From assembly GCA_016700035.1 (NCBI GenBank), contig CP064998.1:857551-916044 (forward strand): 58,494 nt of DNA, in the 5' to 3' direction. Below the pieces are notes generated by a model. It had not been told where the DNA came from. It did not search any database and was given only the letters and a program-made list of their open reading frames with translations. Source of the stretch: a bacterium (lineage in GTDB: Bacteria > Patescibacteriota > Saccharimonadia > CAILAD01 > GCA-016700035). This document shows, in pieces, positions 31,001 to 37,538 of the stretch. The number at the start of each line of letters is the position of its first letter. The stretch's first letter is position 1. A program made the translations under genes and the position numbers.

Positions 31001-34000
31001 CCCCTGAAGGAGTTAGTACCATATTTGCCGGTGGCATACTTGGTGTAAGTGATGTATATCAAAACTTCTCTAATGTAACTCGCTCAGGTGACATTACCAT
31101 TGACGGGAGAGCCGATATACCTACTAGTGGCTCTATATCGACTATGGCGGGAGGCGGCTTGATTGGGTCGGCTACTAGTTACGACGAATCAAGATTTGAA
31201 AACAGTACTTCATCAAGCAACATTAGCCTCAATGGGGTTCGCGGAGGAGATCTGAATTATGGCGCACGTGCCGGTAGTGCAGGAGGTTTAATTGGATCAG
31301 CCGAGAGCAGAATAGCTCTAAATATTATCAACAGCTCATCAAGTGGCAATATCATGACTCAATCAGGCCTACCAGACCAAGACTCACACCGCTACTTCTA
31401 TGGATCCGCCTCCCTTGGTGGACTGGTTGGTAGTTTCCGCAGTAGTTTTAATAGCACTGGCGAGATTAATGTTGCCGATTCCCACAGTAGCGCAAGCGTA
31501 TCTGGTCCAGCATTTAGTCTTGGTGGCGCATATGCTGGTCTTGGTGGTGGAAGTGGCGGTCTTGTTGGATTAATTGTATCGGCAAGCGGAGGAAGTATTG
31601 AACGTTCATTCTCAACCGGCAATGTTGATAGTTCTTATGCTGGTGGCCTGGTAGGTAATATCCTAGGTGGTACTACGGTCAACTCTAGCGATAATCTTTT
31701 CACTATAAAAAATACCTATAGTACCAGCGCTGTAACTGCTCAAGATTTTTATATTGATACCGAGTTAGATGGCCAACCCATAAAGGCTGGGTTCTCTGGA
31801 ATTGCTGGTGGATTAATTGGTGGCTCCTCTGGAGTAAATATTGAAAATTCATATTCTTCAGGTATTGTGCGGGCATCTAATGGAGTGGACTATACTGGCT
31901 TTGAAATAAGCTCAACCTATGACCTCATAGGGTCAATGACGCCAAAGGGTAGTATTGCCGGTGGGCTAATCGGCCAATATTCACAAAATTACTATTCAAT
32001 GCTACCTCCAGATTACGATACATTCTATATTGCCAACTCATATATTAAGAACTCCTTTACGACAAGCAAGGTGGAAGGACCCAGTAGCGGCAATAAGGGC
32101 TCACTCGTAGGTATTTTTTATGATTATCTATCAATAGCTCTGCCACTATCTGGCAATGCCATTAATTTAGATCCCAATTTACTTATTACGCCGGAGGAAT
32201 CTCTCGAGAATAATTATTATGATATGAATCGAGTCGACCAGAATGTATGCAGTAATGAATACCTTCTAGTTAGCTTTGATCCACCTGCTACTCAAAATGG
32301 AATGCCAACTAATGTCATTACCGATACTCGTCCAGTAAATGACTGTCAGGTAGTAAATACTGATGGCACACAACCCAACTATTTTATAAATAACCATACT
32401 AATCCGCCTCTCAATGTTTGGGATTTTACGAGCGTCTGGAAAACCAACTACAATACTTATCCTGACTTCATTGGTAGCATTGAACCCCAAACCCCTCCGC
32501 CGCCACCCCCTCCGCCACAACCTCCAGCCCCCTCCCCATCACCGACCTCAACGCCAAGCCCAACCCCTACTCAGTCGCCTAGCTCAACCGTCAGTCCAAG
32601 TAACTCGCCTACGGTCAGCCCTAATGCCGGTGGATCAGGTAGCCATAGCGCCAAACCAACCAGTACTCCAAGCACAACTCAAATTTCTGACAGAGATGGT
32701 AGTCTACTTAAAAAAATAAGTGCCTTCATTGGTGCCTTAGCTCCTAGCGCCCTTATGATTGGAAACAGCTTACTGTTGCTGTTGCTACTATTGGCTATTT
32801 TCTACCTATACCAAAGCTGGCGCGAATACCAAGCCCAAGCACGCCTCAAAAAAATTACAGCCCGCTATCAAACTACTAAACAACTCCGAGACGATTTTAC
32901 AAACATAGCCTCACACTACCTAAATACTCCAATTCAAATTATGCAAGGCAGTGTTGAACTAGCTCGAAACACCCTGCCGACCATGCAATCACAGCTAAAT
33001 AGCCTTGATGCCTCGCTGAGGATTATGGCTGAAGACACCAAGGCGATTCTTAACTCCATCAACGAACCACCTAATCCAATCAGCCACACTATTGAGACCA
33101 CTAAAGTAGATAGTTGGGTTGGGTTGCTACGCAGGCCAGGATTATGGCTACCAATTGTCAGTACTGCCATACTGCTAATAATCTTCGATGTAACCGTCTT
33201 GTTAGTCGGTAAAATGGGTGGCAACCCTTACATACTGGGCATACAAATCTGCTTCTTCATCTTTGTATGTGCAATCCTAATCTTTACCTACCGAGCCAAG
33301 GTCCGCCTAAAGCGATTATCACAACAGGCCGAGTACACCCTAAGCCTAACTCGGTCACTTGATAAAGATAGAATTAATTTTATTAAAACTACCACTCGCC
33401 AGCTTCAAGAAGACCTCGACGCCATCCGCACCTCAGCGCACCGCTTAATAGCCACTGGAAAAGTACCTAATTTTGCCAGTGGACTAGGCATGGCCGAAGG
33501 CACCCTATTAAACCTTAAGCGCATCGAATCCGCCACCGATCAACCAGCCGAAACGCCACCAACCATCATGACACCTTGGCTCGATGAAAACATTCCAAAA
33601 ATTAAAGTCTTTGTAGAGGAGTCAGATTTAGCCTTCGAAGCTCAAACTGATCGTAATATTGCCATTGCGCTGCCAGTCGATAGCCTAGCTCAACTGATAG
33701 GTTCACTCATAGGTAATGCCGTAAAATTCACGCCTAGCGGAGGTAAAGTCACCCTTTCATTAAGTCAAAAGGGAGATAATGCTCATCTTCTTGTAGCCGA
33801 CACCGGGGCTGGCATTGATCCAGAAAAAGCCAAGAGCCTCTTCCAGCCATTCTCGCGCGGAACTAGCTCTCTCACTTATGATTATGAGGGTGCTGGCCTA
33901 TCTCTCTATATTAATAAACTCATAGTGGACCGAGCCGGCGGTACTATCAAAGTAGAATCAAAGCCAAAAAATGGCACTTCAGTACATGTTACACTACCAA

Positions 34001-34014
34001 TCAATAAGCTGTAG
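22027..34014 (+). CDS. giant (3,995-aa) membrane sensor histidine kinase with a ~3,500-aa extracytoplasmic GGLxG-repeat / FN3 / NHL-propeller array
   Basis: One uninterrupted ORF (TTG at 22027 with AAAGGA 8 nt upstream; alternative ATG at 22138). TM1 is at 22138-22200. There are four supermodules, each opening with CxQLQ...DLDAxYAL.NxIDCS...WNSGxGFxPIG. GGLVG/GGLIG repeats are numerous. There are six FN3 domains, two NHL-type repeat blocks and a PST linker. The C-terminus has the H-box FTNIASHYLNTPI plus N, G1, F and G2 boxes. Confidence 0.85.
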   Translation: MNPLTSHKFSRLSGSKAKLSRIIQVRRKTSQRNPGEKMFIAIVAVAIAVISFFYAGLLNDRHGGKAFSGTGDGTIFIPYEIATCDQLQEMRDDLDANYALVANIDCTASSSWNSGAGFEPIGTSSSPFIGSLEGYNFTINGLTINRPSSTQPVGIFGQLGNTADTQSISRQFVRSVLITNLSIVGGTANTGGLVGHSINAAIEKVQINSGSVSANTSTQFVGSGISDNTAGGLVGYFELQCSSNQNHYCPNTGIRNSSYHGSINSGNVAGGLVGKLAAHNEYPIITINNSYADATTILTGSGNQAGGLVGVMGDGYLSNTYASGSISDNLGNTQKDIGGLIGRVEDWVGQDGSYTFGGNFSLTTLTAGAGGAIGRSADPSISPVIYFDISRSGSNTCSSTGAGYAGCIGVNSGNSQPNYFFNNTSNSPLNIFDFVNIWDTQTSAAPKHKAQTPFTTPDEVTALYKSAQDQSSVTVTWLPPANDGNSDTIVTADNTHYVTGYTVQYRAQGDINWLTAYRNTSSSYYQTGTGSPSPVHHITGLQPNTTYEVRVAAFSPLGQSTWSNTITASTAPNFSGTGAGLPTNPYIITTCNQLQEINNDLDAHYALGNNIDCSGTSSWNSGEGFSPIGDYKIIGPTGYASGFSGTLDGRNYTIQSLYVNQSSRAGVTAYPNGYFCCSLITSSVGLFDTLGSAIVVNLSFSGGSLVAGNTKNGTTLASTIAGHENGSTVQNISSNADVSSGFTTGGLIGTATGNYDASTSFSYGGSAIPAPFRTTLERLSFSGNVSPGTMSGYKPTGQIIGNSHSVKLRDSVASGTTTCGQHDYTIACGGIVGNEYDSTLERVAFTGTMGYSSSPIGSGMIGSYSDTYMADQTNITDSFSSVTSSSMIPKCSGLIYYVNLLINPPIVSNSFYNGTGCSSTATYGTRINSTSYFQDNSTNPPFNNWDFNGYWQQNSAAYPTLKSQGIPGAPLTLFGNWQNINDFKLRWVVQQDNGGSTITDYLVEYKLNSDVNWTTLTHAPLGGNDNVTVPNLDGTQSYDFRISAINAIGQSAPTSYTAQAQTNISPTPPSEPIGLFGEGVSVSQIRISWAEPISNGNSPITNYSIQYRPTLGDGSWTSYGYVPASSLTRIIPSLNTNTSYDFRVAAVNAIGVGAWSDIASAATNPSGPPIPDDPPPGPSIGTPQNLNATPQINRVDLNWDDVVGADHYTVEYKVSSDSSWTVANDVYSSSATISGLATNTSYDFRVAAINSSSEQGGWATTNTTTLTQSTYHITDCAELQGIMIDPYTFQSGDLTGNYILDNDIDCSETATWTWDGLVPVAPDEPLGFLGIMDITNGQPFTGSFDGQGHTISNVYQDLQGLAPFSGIFAAVAGSTIENVTFSNATLKGTTTNTLGGSGSYGLAQNAGLVNAGMAVAIENVHFTGLDMTTYPGVNAGLAGMLSMGSIVENSSVTGTTTTGEPYRYGKLNRPSGIARDTNNNIYVADTYNSRIQKFDSNGNYLLTIGSPNALDYYSSIAEPRDVVVDATGNIFVADTDEYKIKKYDSSGSYLSQWGAYGSGNGEFIYPASLAVDSSGNILVADSYNSRVQKFDNNGNYISQFGSMGSGNGQFGNYLYIAIDNTNNIYIADQDNSRIQKFDSNGNYLLQFGTSGTSNGEFENISNIAITPNGHIYAVDNEYRIQEFLSDGTYLNSWANQGLADGSFITIGDIVINSSGQMIISDYDTNYIQKLSSNGNFISKWGGWGNVPYSGGYIIGGLIGGTDIGSSSGDATTINQSFTDIDIDLDVPDFVGQSMVGGLTGGGNLEINNTYTKGDTNVAIQDLAYFTGAGGISGQIAQGSINNSYASGAVTVAGDNIFSGVGGLVGFTFGDINNSFAMGEVTGSTDLYGSAEVNPGGLIGIVGATDQNDPFPTINNNYYDQFRSTQLECVGVYLYLQTEMEGSAPANDCSTVNDSNNQPDYFFNNIINAPLTSWDFTNIWKTNTTSPPDFVGSGTPVGPTAPSVPQNLTTTTITSSSIGVQWQAPASNGGSAITDYVIQYRLSGGNWTTFNDGINTSLNANITGLSQSTSYDIRVAAINNAGQSSFTSPITASTSSNILPSEPRNLIATNYQYIVPSLGAGPLVLPHLSWDSPATGSPFTDYVIEFKLQGETNWRNYTDGQSTSTNQDFEFGFDGMDFQNSNNNTPEQNALFNEVVDGIIFGQTYEFRVAGVNAVGQGPFTQPISYVPALTASDCQLLHDLLAMYGITNDDIAINPHFVLFQDIDCSDTVNWNSGAGWSPIVTTEDYYFSGTFDGQGHSISNMFINNDDEVPVGMFGITMHASIGNLTLDNSNISGSLSLYGDDGDSGARVGALVGIARSDTDISDVTVSGSVFSGYAGGGLVGYSEAFVDDTNLSNINSHVNITSKKETYSGGPVGGIIGEVYGGDDKLGTFSNSDFEIDSLGNIYAINTSSTNNKILQFNPSGQLTSSWGTANDFGYYGPGEMTMDSNDNLNFLGIKKFSGTGTPLSQYNYSGQHLYADHAGNLYLTGSTDYFWNGTPKAIQKIGSDGTLLAEFYTKDEIPGHIDDQINDLAVAPNGDIFVSAKYNSNVRHYNSNGILLGSFELGGANYGNRLVIGQDGKLYAFNSIGIYKYDLSGNLELTIPSITYSDSVSVDEDGNIYVARSQTHDVTKYSSTGTVLGLIEPGYSAGAVISPNKLIIKDNNLYVADYYQSYVTVKVFDKNTLTYLRKIDGKEDNNPYKVNITSSSADGHLNAKFAGGTVGMQRGDYTLIDDPNEIPGLAIEGVNTNTSINNDCQIAGGIIGIALAGTDINTSNAQGNFSCQGGNYLDTSTQVKIAVGGISGFQGYYSALRISNSTFNGDIAAVPYNNDDSTVYAGGMVGISSSNIGYTYPSDIIPEDYLNKRGLVINGGSVSANVHASIAKNGGGSGGAIGDAESAALSGVTVHGSVLTDQMGLPRTTGSEYAAGGVIGRSRIIDIESVSANNSVNTYTPEGVSTIFAGGILGVSDVYQNFSNVTRSGDITIDGRADIPTSGSISTMAGGGLIGSATSYDESRFENSTSSSNISLNGVRGGDLNYGARAGSAGGLIGSAESRIALNIINSSSSGNIMTQSGLPDQDSHRYFYGSASLGGLVGSFRSSFNSTGEINVADSHSSASVSGPAFSLGGAYAGLGGGSGGLVGLIVSASGGSIERSFSTGNVDSSYAGGLVGNILGGTTVNSSDNLFTIKNTYSTSAVTAQDFYIDTELDGQPIKAGFSGIAGGLIGGSSGVNIENSYSSGIVRASNGVDYTGFEISSTYDLIGSMTPKGSIAGGLIGQYSQNYYSMLPPDYDTFYIANSYIKNSFTTSKVEGPSSGNKGSLVGIFYDYLSIALPLSGNAINLDPNLLITPEESLENNYYDMNRVDQNVCSNEYLLVSFDPPATQNGMPTNVITDTRPVNDCQVVNTDGTQPNYFINNHTNPPLNVWDFTSVWKTNYNTYPDFIGSIEPQTPPPPPPPPQPPAPSPSPTSTPSPTPTQSPSSTVSPSNSPTVSPNAGGSGSHSAKPTSTPSTTQISDRDGSLLKKISAFIGALAPSALMIGNSLLLLLLLLAIFYLYQSWREYQAQARLKKITARYQTTKQLRDDFTNIASHYLNTPIQIMQGSVELARNTLPTMQSQLNSLDASLRIMAEDTKAILNSINEPPNPISHTIETTKVDSWVGLLRRPGLWLPIVSTAILLIIFDVTVLLVGKMGGNPYILGIQICFFIFVCAILIFTYRAKVRLKRLSQQAEYTLSLTRSLDKDRINFIKTTTRQLQEDLDAIRTSAHRLIATGKVPNFASGLGMAEGTLLNLKRIESATDQPAETPPTIMTPWLDENIPKIKVFVEESDLAFEAQTDRNIAIALPVDSLAQLIGSLIGNAVKFTPSGGKVTLSLSQKGDNAHLLVADTGAGIDPEKAKSLFQPFSRGTSSLTYDYEGAGLSLYINKLIVDRAGGTIKVESKPKNGTSVHVTLPINKL
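26400..27255 (+). other. NHL-repeat beta-propeller block 1 within the giant ORF
   Basis: About 7 units of the type NNIYVADTYNSRIQKFDSNGNYLLTIGS...G.GNGEF. Two units share 44 identical nt (26488-26531 and 26917-26960). Confidence 0.8.
29320..30200 (+). other. second, more divergent NHL/YVTN-like propeller block within the giant ORF
   Basis: Repeated G(N)IY(V)A..... patterns: DSLGNIYAIN, HAGNLYLTG, APNGDIFVSAKYNSNVRHYNSNG, GQDGKLYAFN, DEDGNIYVARSQTHDVTKYSSTG, DNNLYVADYY. Confidence 0.6.
32485..32700 (+). other. Pro/Ser/Thr-rich low-complexity linker preceding TM2 of the giant ORF
   Basis: Translation PQTPPPPPPPPQPPAPSPSPTSTPSPTPTQSPSSTVSPSNSPTVSPN..., followed at 32720-32815 by a hydrophobic helix (LLLLLLLLAIFYLY). 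Confidence 0.85.
32890..34011 (+). other. histidine-kinase core of the giant ORF: DHp with H-box, TM hairpin, degenerate second DHp, HATPase_c
   Basis: His codon at 32914-32916 (aa 3630) in SHYLNTPI. Two TM helices at ~33140-33295. FIKTTTRQLQEDLDAI at ~33371-33425 looks like an H-box without the His. N box GNAVKFTPSGG at ~33710, G1 DTGAGI at ~33800, F box FQPFSRG, G2 GAGLSL at ~33890. Confidence 0.8.
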
Positions 34015-34156
34015 TAGCTAATCTCGTCATGCTTGCGCAGTCATTGTGACACCTCCCACCATAAGCTTCTTACACAATGCTTAACTACTTTATCTAATAG
34101 ATATACTAATAATGCACGAAGCACACATAACCAACATTAGTTAGCTCAAGCTTGTG

Positions 34157-34372
34157 TTACCCCTGCAATCTTGTTTTGGGTTCTCCAACCGTAAGCTCTG
34201 CACTAATCCAACTGACTTTAGCGATATTGTCTGCACCGTCTACCGCTACACCATAGACATCATCAAATAAGCCACTAAACTCACTCCCGTAGTCCCAACC
34301 AAAGCTTGAAGTATAGCTCGGACTATCACTCGATGCAGTGTTAGCTCTTGGAGCATAGGCGCCAAATAAAAA
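34157..34372 (-). pseudogene. 5' remnant of an NHL-repeat surface protein gene (paralog of 37539..39950)
   Basis: The minus-frame translation FGAYAPRANTASSDSPSYTSSFGWDYGSEFSGLFDDVYGVAVDGADNI aligns with residues ~30-78 of the 803-aa NHL protein (SLYAPGVHAAPTDVPAFHSMINRFDPASANGKFSDAYGVAIDSSGNI). There is no start codon, and similarity ends after ~50 aa. Confidence 0.65.
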
Positions 34373-34379
34373 ATAGCCC

Positions 34380-34395
34380 TGTAGAACACACTACA
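34380..34395. promoter_or_regulatory. perfect 16-bp palindrome TGTAG-N6-CTACA, candidate Crp/Fnr-family operator (copy 1)
   Basis: tgtagaacacactaca lies 92 nt upstream of the Crp-family gene ATG. It sits within a ~75-nt block that is ~90% identical to 40000-40075. Confidence 0.5.
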
Positions 34396-34486
34396 GCAAA
34401 AGTATAAGCTATTTGTATATAGCTTTATATCATTTATATAAAATATTTTACAAAAATCTCTGTCTAGCATATTATTAATATCAGTC

Positions 34487-35140
34487 ATGAGTTTTTTTCA
34501 ATATGCCCACTCCCATGAAAAGTTTTTTAAGGCTCAAGGTAGAGCCAGCCAAATAAAACGGGGTCAACTACTTACTAATAACCTATCAGATAATACAAAT
34601 GTTTTCTTTCTGTATAAGGGCTTGGTGCAGGTTTCCTTCAATTTGCTAGATGGAAGCGAACGACTAATTGGCTATTTTCTACCTGGTATGACCTTTGCCC
34701 AAAGTGGATCTTTCTTTCAGGACGATGGCGGACAATTAGAATACACCACCGTGCAACCATCGACTATCTATCACATATCTAGAGACATATTTCAGAAACA
34801 GCTACAAACTAATCAACAGTTCAATACAGACTATTTGGACATGGTTTTACGTAATCAAATATTTTTAATCGATAGAATTGTGTATCAGGGTGAAAACGGG
34901 GCGGAGAAGAAATTTATAAAATGGCTACTTTTTATGGCCAAGTACTATGGTTGTCAGACAAAAAATAATGAAGTAAAAATCACTATCCCAATCAGCCAAG
35001 AAGGTATTGCTAATTTCCTGCATGTCACGCGTGTTAGCGTTAATAAAATAATTAGAGAAATGAGAACTAAAGATTTAATTCGTATTGAGCAAAAGCAAAT
35101 TATTATTTGCGATGCAAATACATTACGTAATCTTCTTTAA
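34487..35140 (+). CDS. Crp/Fnr-family transcriptional regulator
   Basis: 217 aa. N-terminal cNMP-binding-like beta-roll (FFLYKGLVQVSFNLLDGSERLIGYFLPGMTF) and C-terminal HTH (ISQEGIANFLHVTRVSVNKIIREM). Confidence 0.85.
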   Translation: MSFFQYAHSHEKFFKAQGRASQIKRGQLLTNNLSDNTNVFFLYKGLVQVSFNLLDGSERLIGYFLPGMTFAQSGSFFQDDGGQLEYTTVQPSTIYHISRDIFQKQLQTNQQFNTDYLDMVLRNQIFLIDRIVYQGENGAEKKFIKWLLFMAKYYGCQTKNNEVKITIPISQEGIANFLHVTRVSVNKIIREMRTKDLIRIEQKQIIICDANTLRNLL

Positions 35141-35175
35141 TTAAAACCTCAGGCTAGGCTAGCGAGCCTACAATA

Positions 35176-35874
35176 TTACCCCTTATTAGCTTCGTAGCCT
35201 GGAAAATAATCAAACTTAGTATGCGCTTCGTCTATCCCCATATCTTTAAACAAATCCTCAAATGCTTCAACCATTGGTTCGGGCCCAGAAACATAGTAGA
35301 TTGGGCTATTTAATTTAGCCGAGACTTCCTCTATGGCAAACCGATCAATTCTTTGCTCACCATAAAAATAGCTAATTTTTAGATCCTGGTTGGCTTTTGC
35401 TAGAGCATCAAACTCATCCTTAAATGGTACAGACTCCGCACTGCGATTAGCCCACAAAAGCCTTACTCGCACTGGTTTAGAGTCATGATTTAATTGCTTT
35501 AAGATAGATCGAATAGGTGTAATGCCAATACCGCCAATTATAAATACATAATCTCGACCAATATCTTCTAACGTAAAATCACCCTCTGGCTCACCGGCCT
35601 CAATTTTATCACCAGGCTCCAAGCCAATAAGGTGTTGCTTAAAGCTACTTAATGGCATAGCATCCACTCTGGTAGATAGCCAGATATCTTGCTCAAATGG
35701 CGCACTAGATATCGTAAACCAACGACTATCTCCTCGCTCATCACTATTTTGATGTGGTAAGTGATACTTTATATATTGACCAGCCCGCCAAGCCACAGGT
35801 TTTTCTGGTGCAAACTTAAAAATTGTTACTCCGCTAAGCTGAATGTCTTTATCTTTTAATGTTAAAATCATCAC
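35176..35874 (-). CDS. ferredoxin-reductase-type FAD/NAD(P)-binding oxidoreductase
   Basis: 232 aa. RxYS-type FAD motif RWFTISS and NAD(P)-binding GGIGITP. Confidence 0.75.
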   Translation of the reverse strand: MMILTLKDKDIQLSGVTIFKFAPEKPVAWRAGQYIKYHLPHQNSDERGDSRWFTISSAPFEQDIWLSTRVDAMPLSSFKQHLIGLEPGDKIEAGEPEGDFTLEDIGRDYVFIIGGIGITPIRSILKQLNHDSKPVRVRLLWANRSAESVPFKDEFDALAKANQDLKISYFYGEQRIDRFAIEEVSAKLNSPIYYVSGPEPMVEAFEDLFKDMGIDEAHTKFDYFPGYEANKG

Positions 35875-35891
35875 TTACTCTCCTTTTACCA

Positions 35892-36476
35892 TTACTGTAG
35901 CATCTGCTTAACCTTCTGTCTTAAGGCTGGCACCACTTCCAGCTCAAACCATGGGTTTTTAGCTTGCCAGCGAAAATTGAGAGGGCTAGGGTGAACTAGT
36001 GGAAAATATTCTGGCAGATAGTCTTTATAGTTACGAACAGTTTCAGTTAAGTTTTTCTTAGCAGCTTCCTTTAAGTAGTGCTTTTGTGCATAGTTGCCAA
36101 TTAAAATTATTAGCTTAATATTCGGCATTTCGTTTAATAGTTTGGGATGCCATTTATCGGCAAAACCTTTGCGCGGTGGTAAATCTCCACTCTTACCTTT
36201 TCCAGGAAAATAAAAGTCCATCGGTAATAGTGCAATAACGTTGGGATCATAAAATTGATCCTCGCTCACACCCAGCCAGCTGCGTAGGGTATCTCCACTT
36301 TTATCACGCCAAGCCTGCATGGATTCCTGTGCCCTTTTTCCTGGGGCCTGTCCAATTATTACAATTTTTGCACCGGCGGCTGCCGTATATAGAGGGGCAT
36401 ACCCCTTTTTACGCATTTGTACATTTTGCGCATCAGCCACGATTACACTATGTATTGTGAGAAAAATATCTGACAT
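35892..36476 (-). CDS. uracil-DNA glycosylase superfamily protein
   Basis: Motif A-like IIGQAPG and motif B-like HPSPLN. I preferred the start at MSDIF (36476) over the track start at 36503. Confidence 0.7.
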   Translation of the reverse strand: MSDIFLTIHSVIVADAQNVQMRKKGYAPLYTAAAGAKIVIIGQAPGKRAQESMQAWRDKSGDTLRSWLGVSEDQFYDPNVIALLPMDFYFPGKGKSGDLPPRKGFADKWHPKLLNEMPNIKLIILIGNYAQKHYLKEAAKKNLTETVRNYKDYLPEYFPLVHPSPLNFRWQAKNPWFELEVVPALRQKVKQMLQ

Positions 36477-36521
36477 ACACCTATTATATACCCTGCTGCG
36501 CATGATCTTGCCATCTGCACA

Positions 36522-36827
36522 TCAGCTCGACATAAGTGTAATGATAAAAATAAAATAAATACCCAATGCTGTATAAGCTAAGTATTGAGGCCAATTATTC
36601 TTATGCTTACTGCTCCATAAAAAACTGGCTATTCCTAATAAAAACCAGCATATTGAGTGAGTATAGGTTAATATAACTTTTTGAAAACCTGTGGCGGAGT
36701 CAGCCCCTTTAGGCAAAATAAATATATACACCACCATAATGACTAGCGCCACCACCGCACCAACTGTACCGAAAATTCTGCGATGTTTTTGTATAGCTTT
36801 CTTTATTTTCAATACTGGACTTGCCAT
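36522..36827 (-). CDS. small 3-TM membrane protein (hypothetical)
   Basis: 101-aa ORF with three hydrophobic helices, tightly packed between neighbouring genes. Confidence 0.5.
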   Translation of the reverse strand: MASPVLKIKKAIQKHRRIFGTVGAVVALVIMVVYIFILPKGADSATGFQKVILTYTHSICWFLLGIASFLWSSKHKNNWPQYLAYTALGIYFIFIITLMSS

Positions 36828-36836
36828 ACGGACTTC

Positions 36837-37373
36837 TTAAATTAACTCCAGAAGTTTAGTTGTTGTGTTCCAGTTGCGAATCGTCATGAATTGATACTCT
36901 GGCGTAGAGATTATTTTATTAAGATTGCTTTTAGTGCGTAGTGCGCTAACCCGTTGTGAGTAAATTACACAATCACCAGGCCAAATTCTATCCACGTCAG
37001 CTTTAGGGCGAAAAACTTTTAGAGCATCACTCACCCCTAGCTTCATCAAAAAAATTACATCACTGTGATATTTATCTGGGTGTACACCAAAACCTTTGGG
37101 CTTATGCTCGATTATTCGCCGCAACTCCCCCTCACTTAAAACAAGAGTTTTAATAATTGAGCTATCTAGCTTAAAATTGCCCACTATCGTAGCCTCAATC
37201 TTTTCTTCTAACTCCTTCCGACTAAGCTCCGATTGAAACAATACGTTGCCACTATTGATGTAAGTTCTCACACCTGAAAATCCAGCATTCTCCAGATGTT
37301 GCTTGAGATCGGCCATAGAAATTTTATTCTTCCCGCCAACGTTTATGCCACGCAACAAAGCTATGTAGTTCAT
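36837..37373 (-). CDS. DUF1697 domain protein
   Basis: The N-terminus MNYIALLRGINVGGKNKISMADLK is the characteristic DUF1697 opening motif. Confidence 0.8.
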   Translation of the reverse strand: MNYIALLRGINVGGKNKISMADLKQHLENAGFSGVRTYINSGNVLFQSELSRKELEEKIEATIVGNFKLDSSIIKTLVLSEGELRRIIEHKPKGFGVHPDKYHSDVIFLMKLGVSDALKVFRPKADVDRIWPGDCVIYSQRVSALRTKSNLNKIISTPEYQFMTIRNWNTTTKLLELI

Positions 37374-37538
37374 GAATCAATTATACAAAATAATCTTCAT
37401 CCAGATATCACTAGATGATTAAAAGCTATATCCGAAATAATCAATATCTTTCTTAATTTGTTAGTTTTAGTCCTGATGAATGTAATGCCTTCCAATGTAT
37501 AACTACAAACCTTCTAGAGGCACTTTCACAAACCTAAT

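Noticed and set aside
34246-34488. 80-aa minus-strand ORF upstream of the Crp gene
   Set aside because: It covers the conserved promoter block and is in a different frame from the recognisable NHL-gene remnant. There is no RBS or family resemblance.
22027-35140. A cognate response regulator for the giant histidine kinase
   Set aside because: I looked through all ORFs in the window for a receiver domain (DD...D...K pattern with an output domain) and found none. The downstream regulator is Crp/Fnr-type and has no receiver domain, so no two-component pair can be claimed.
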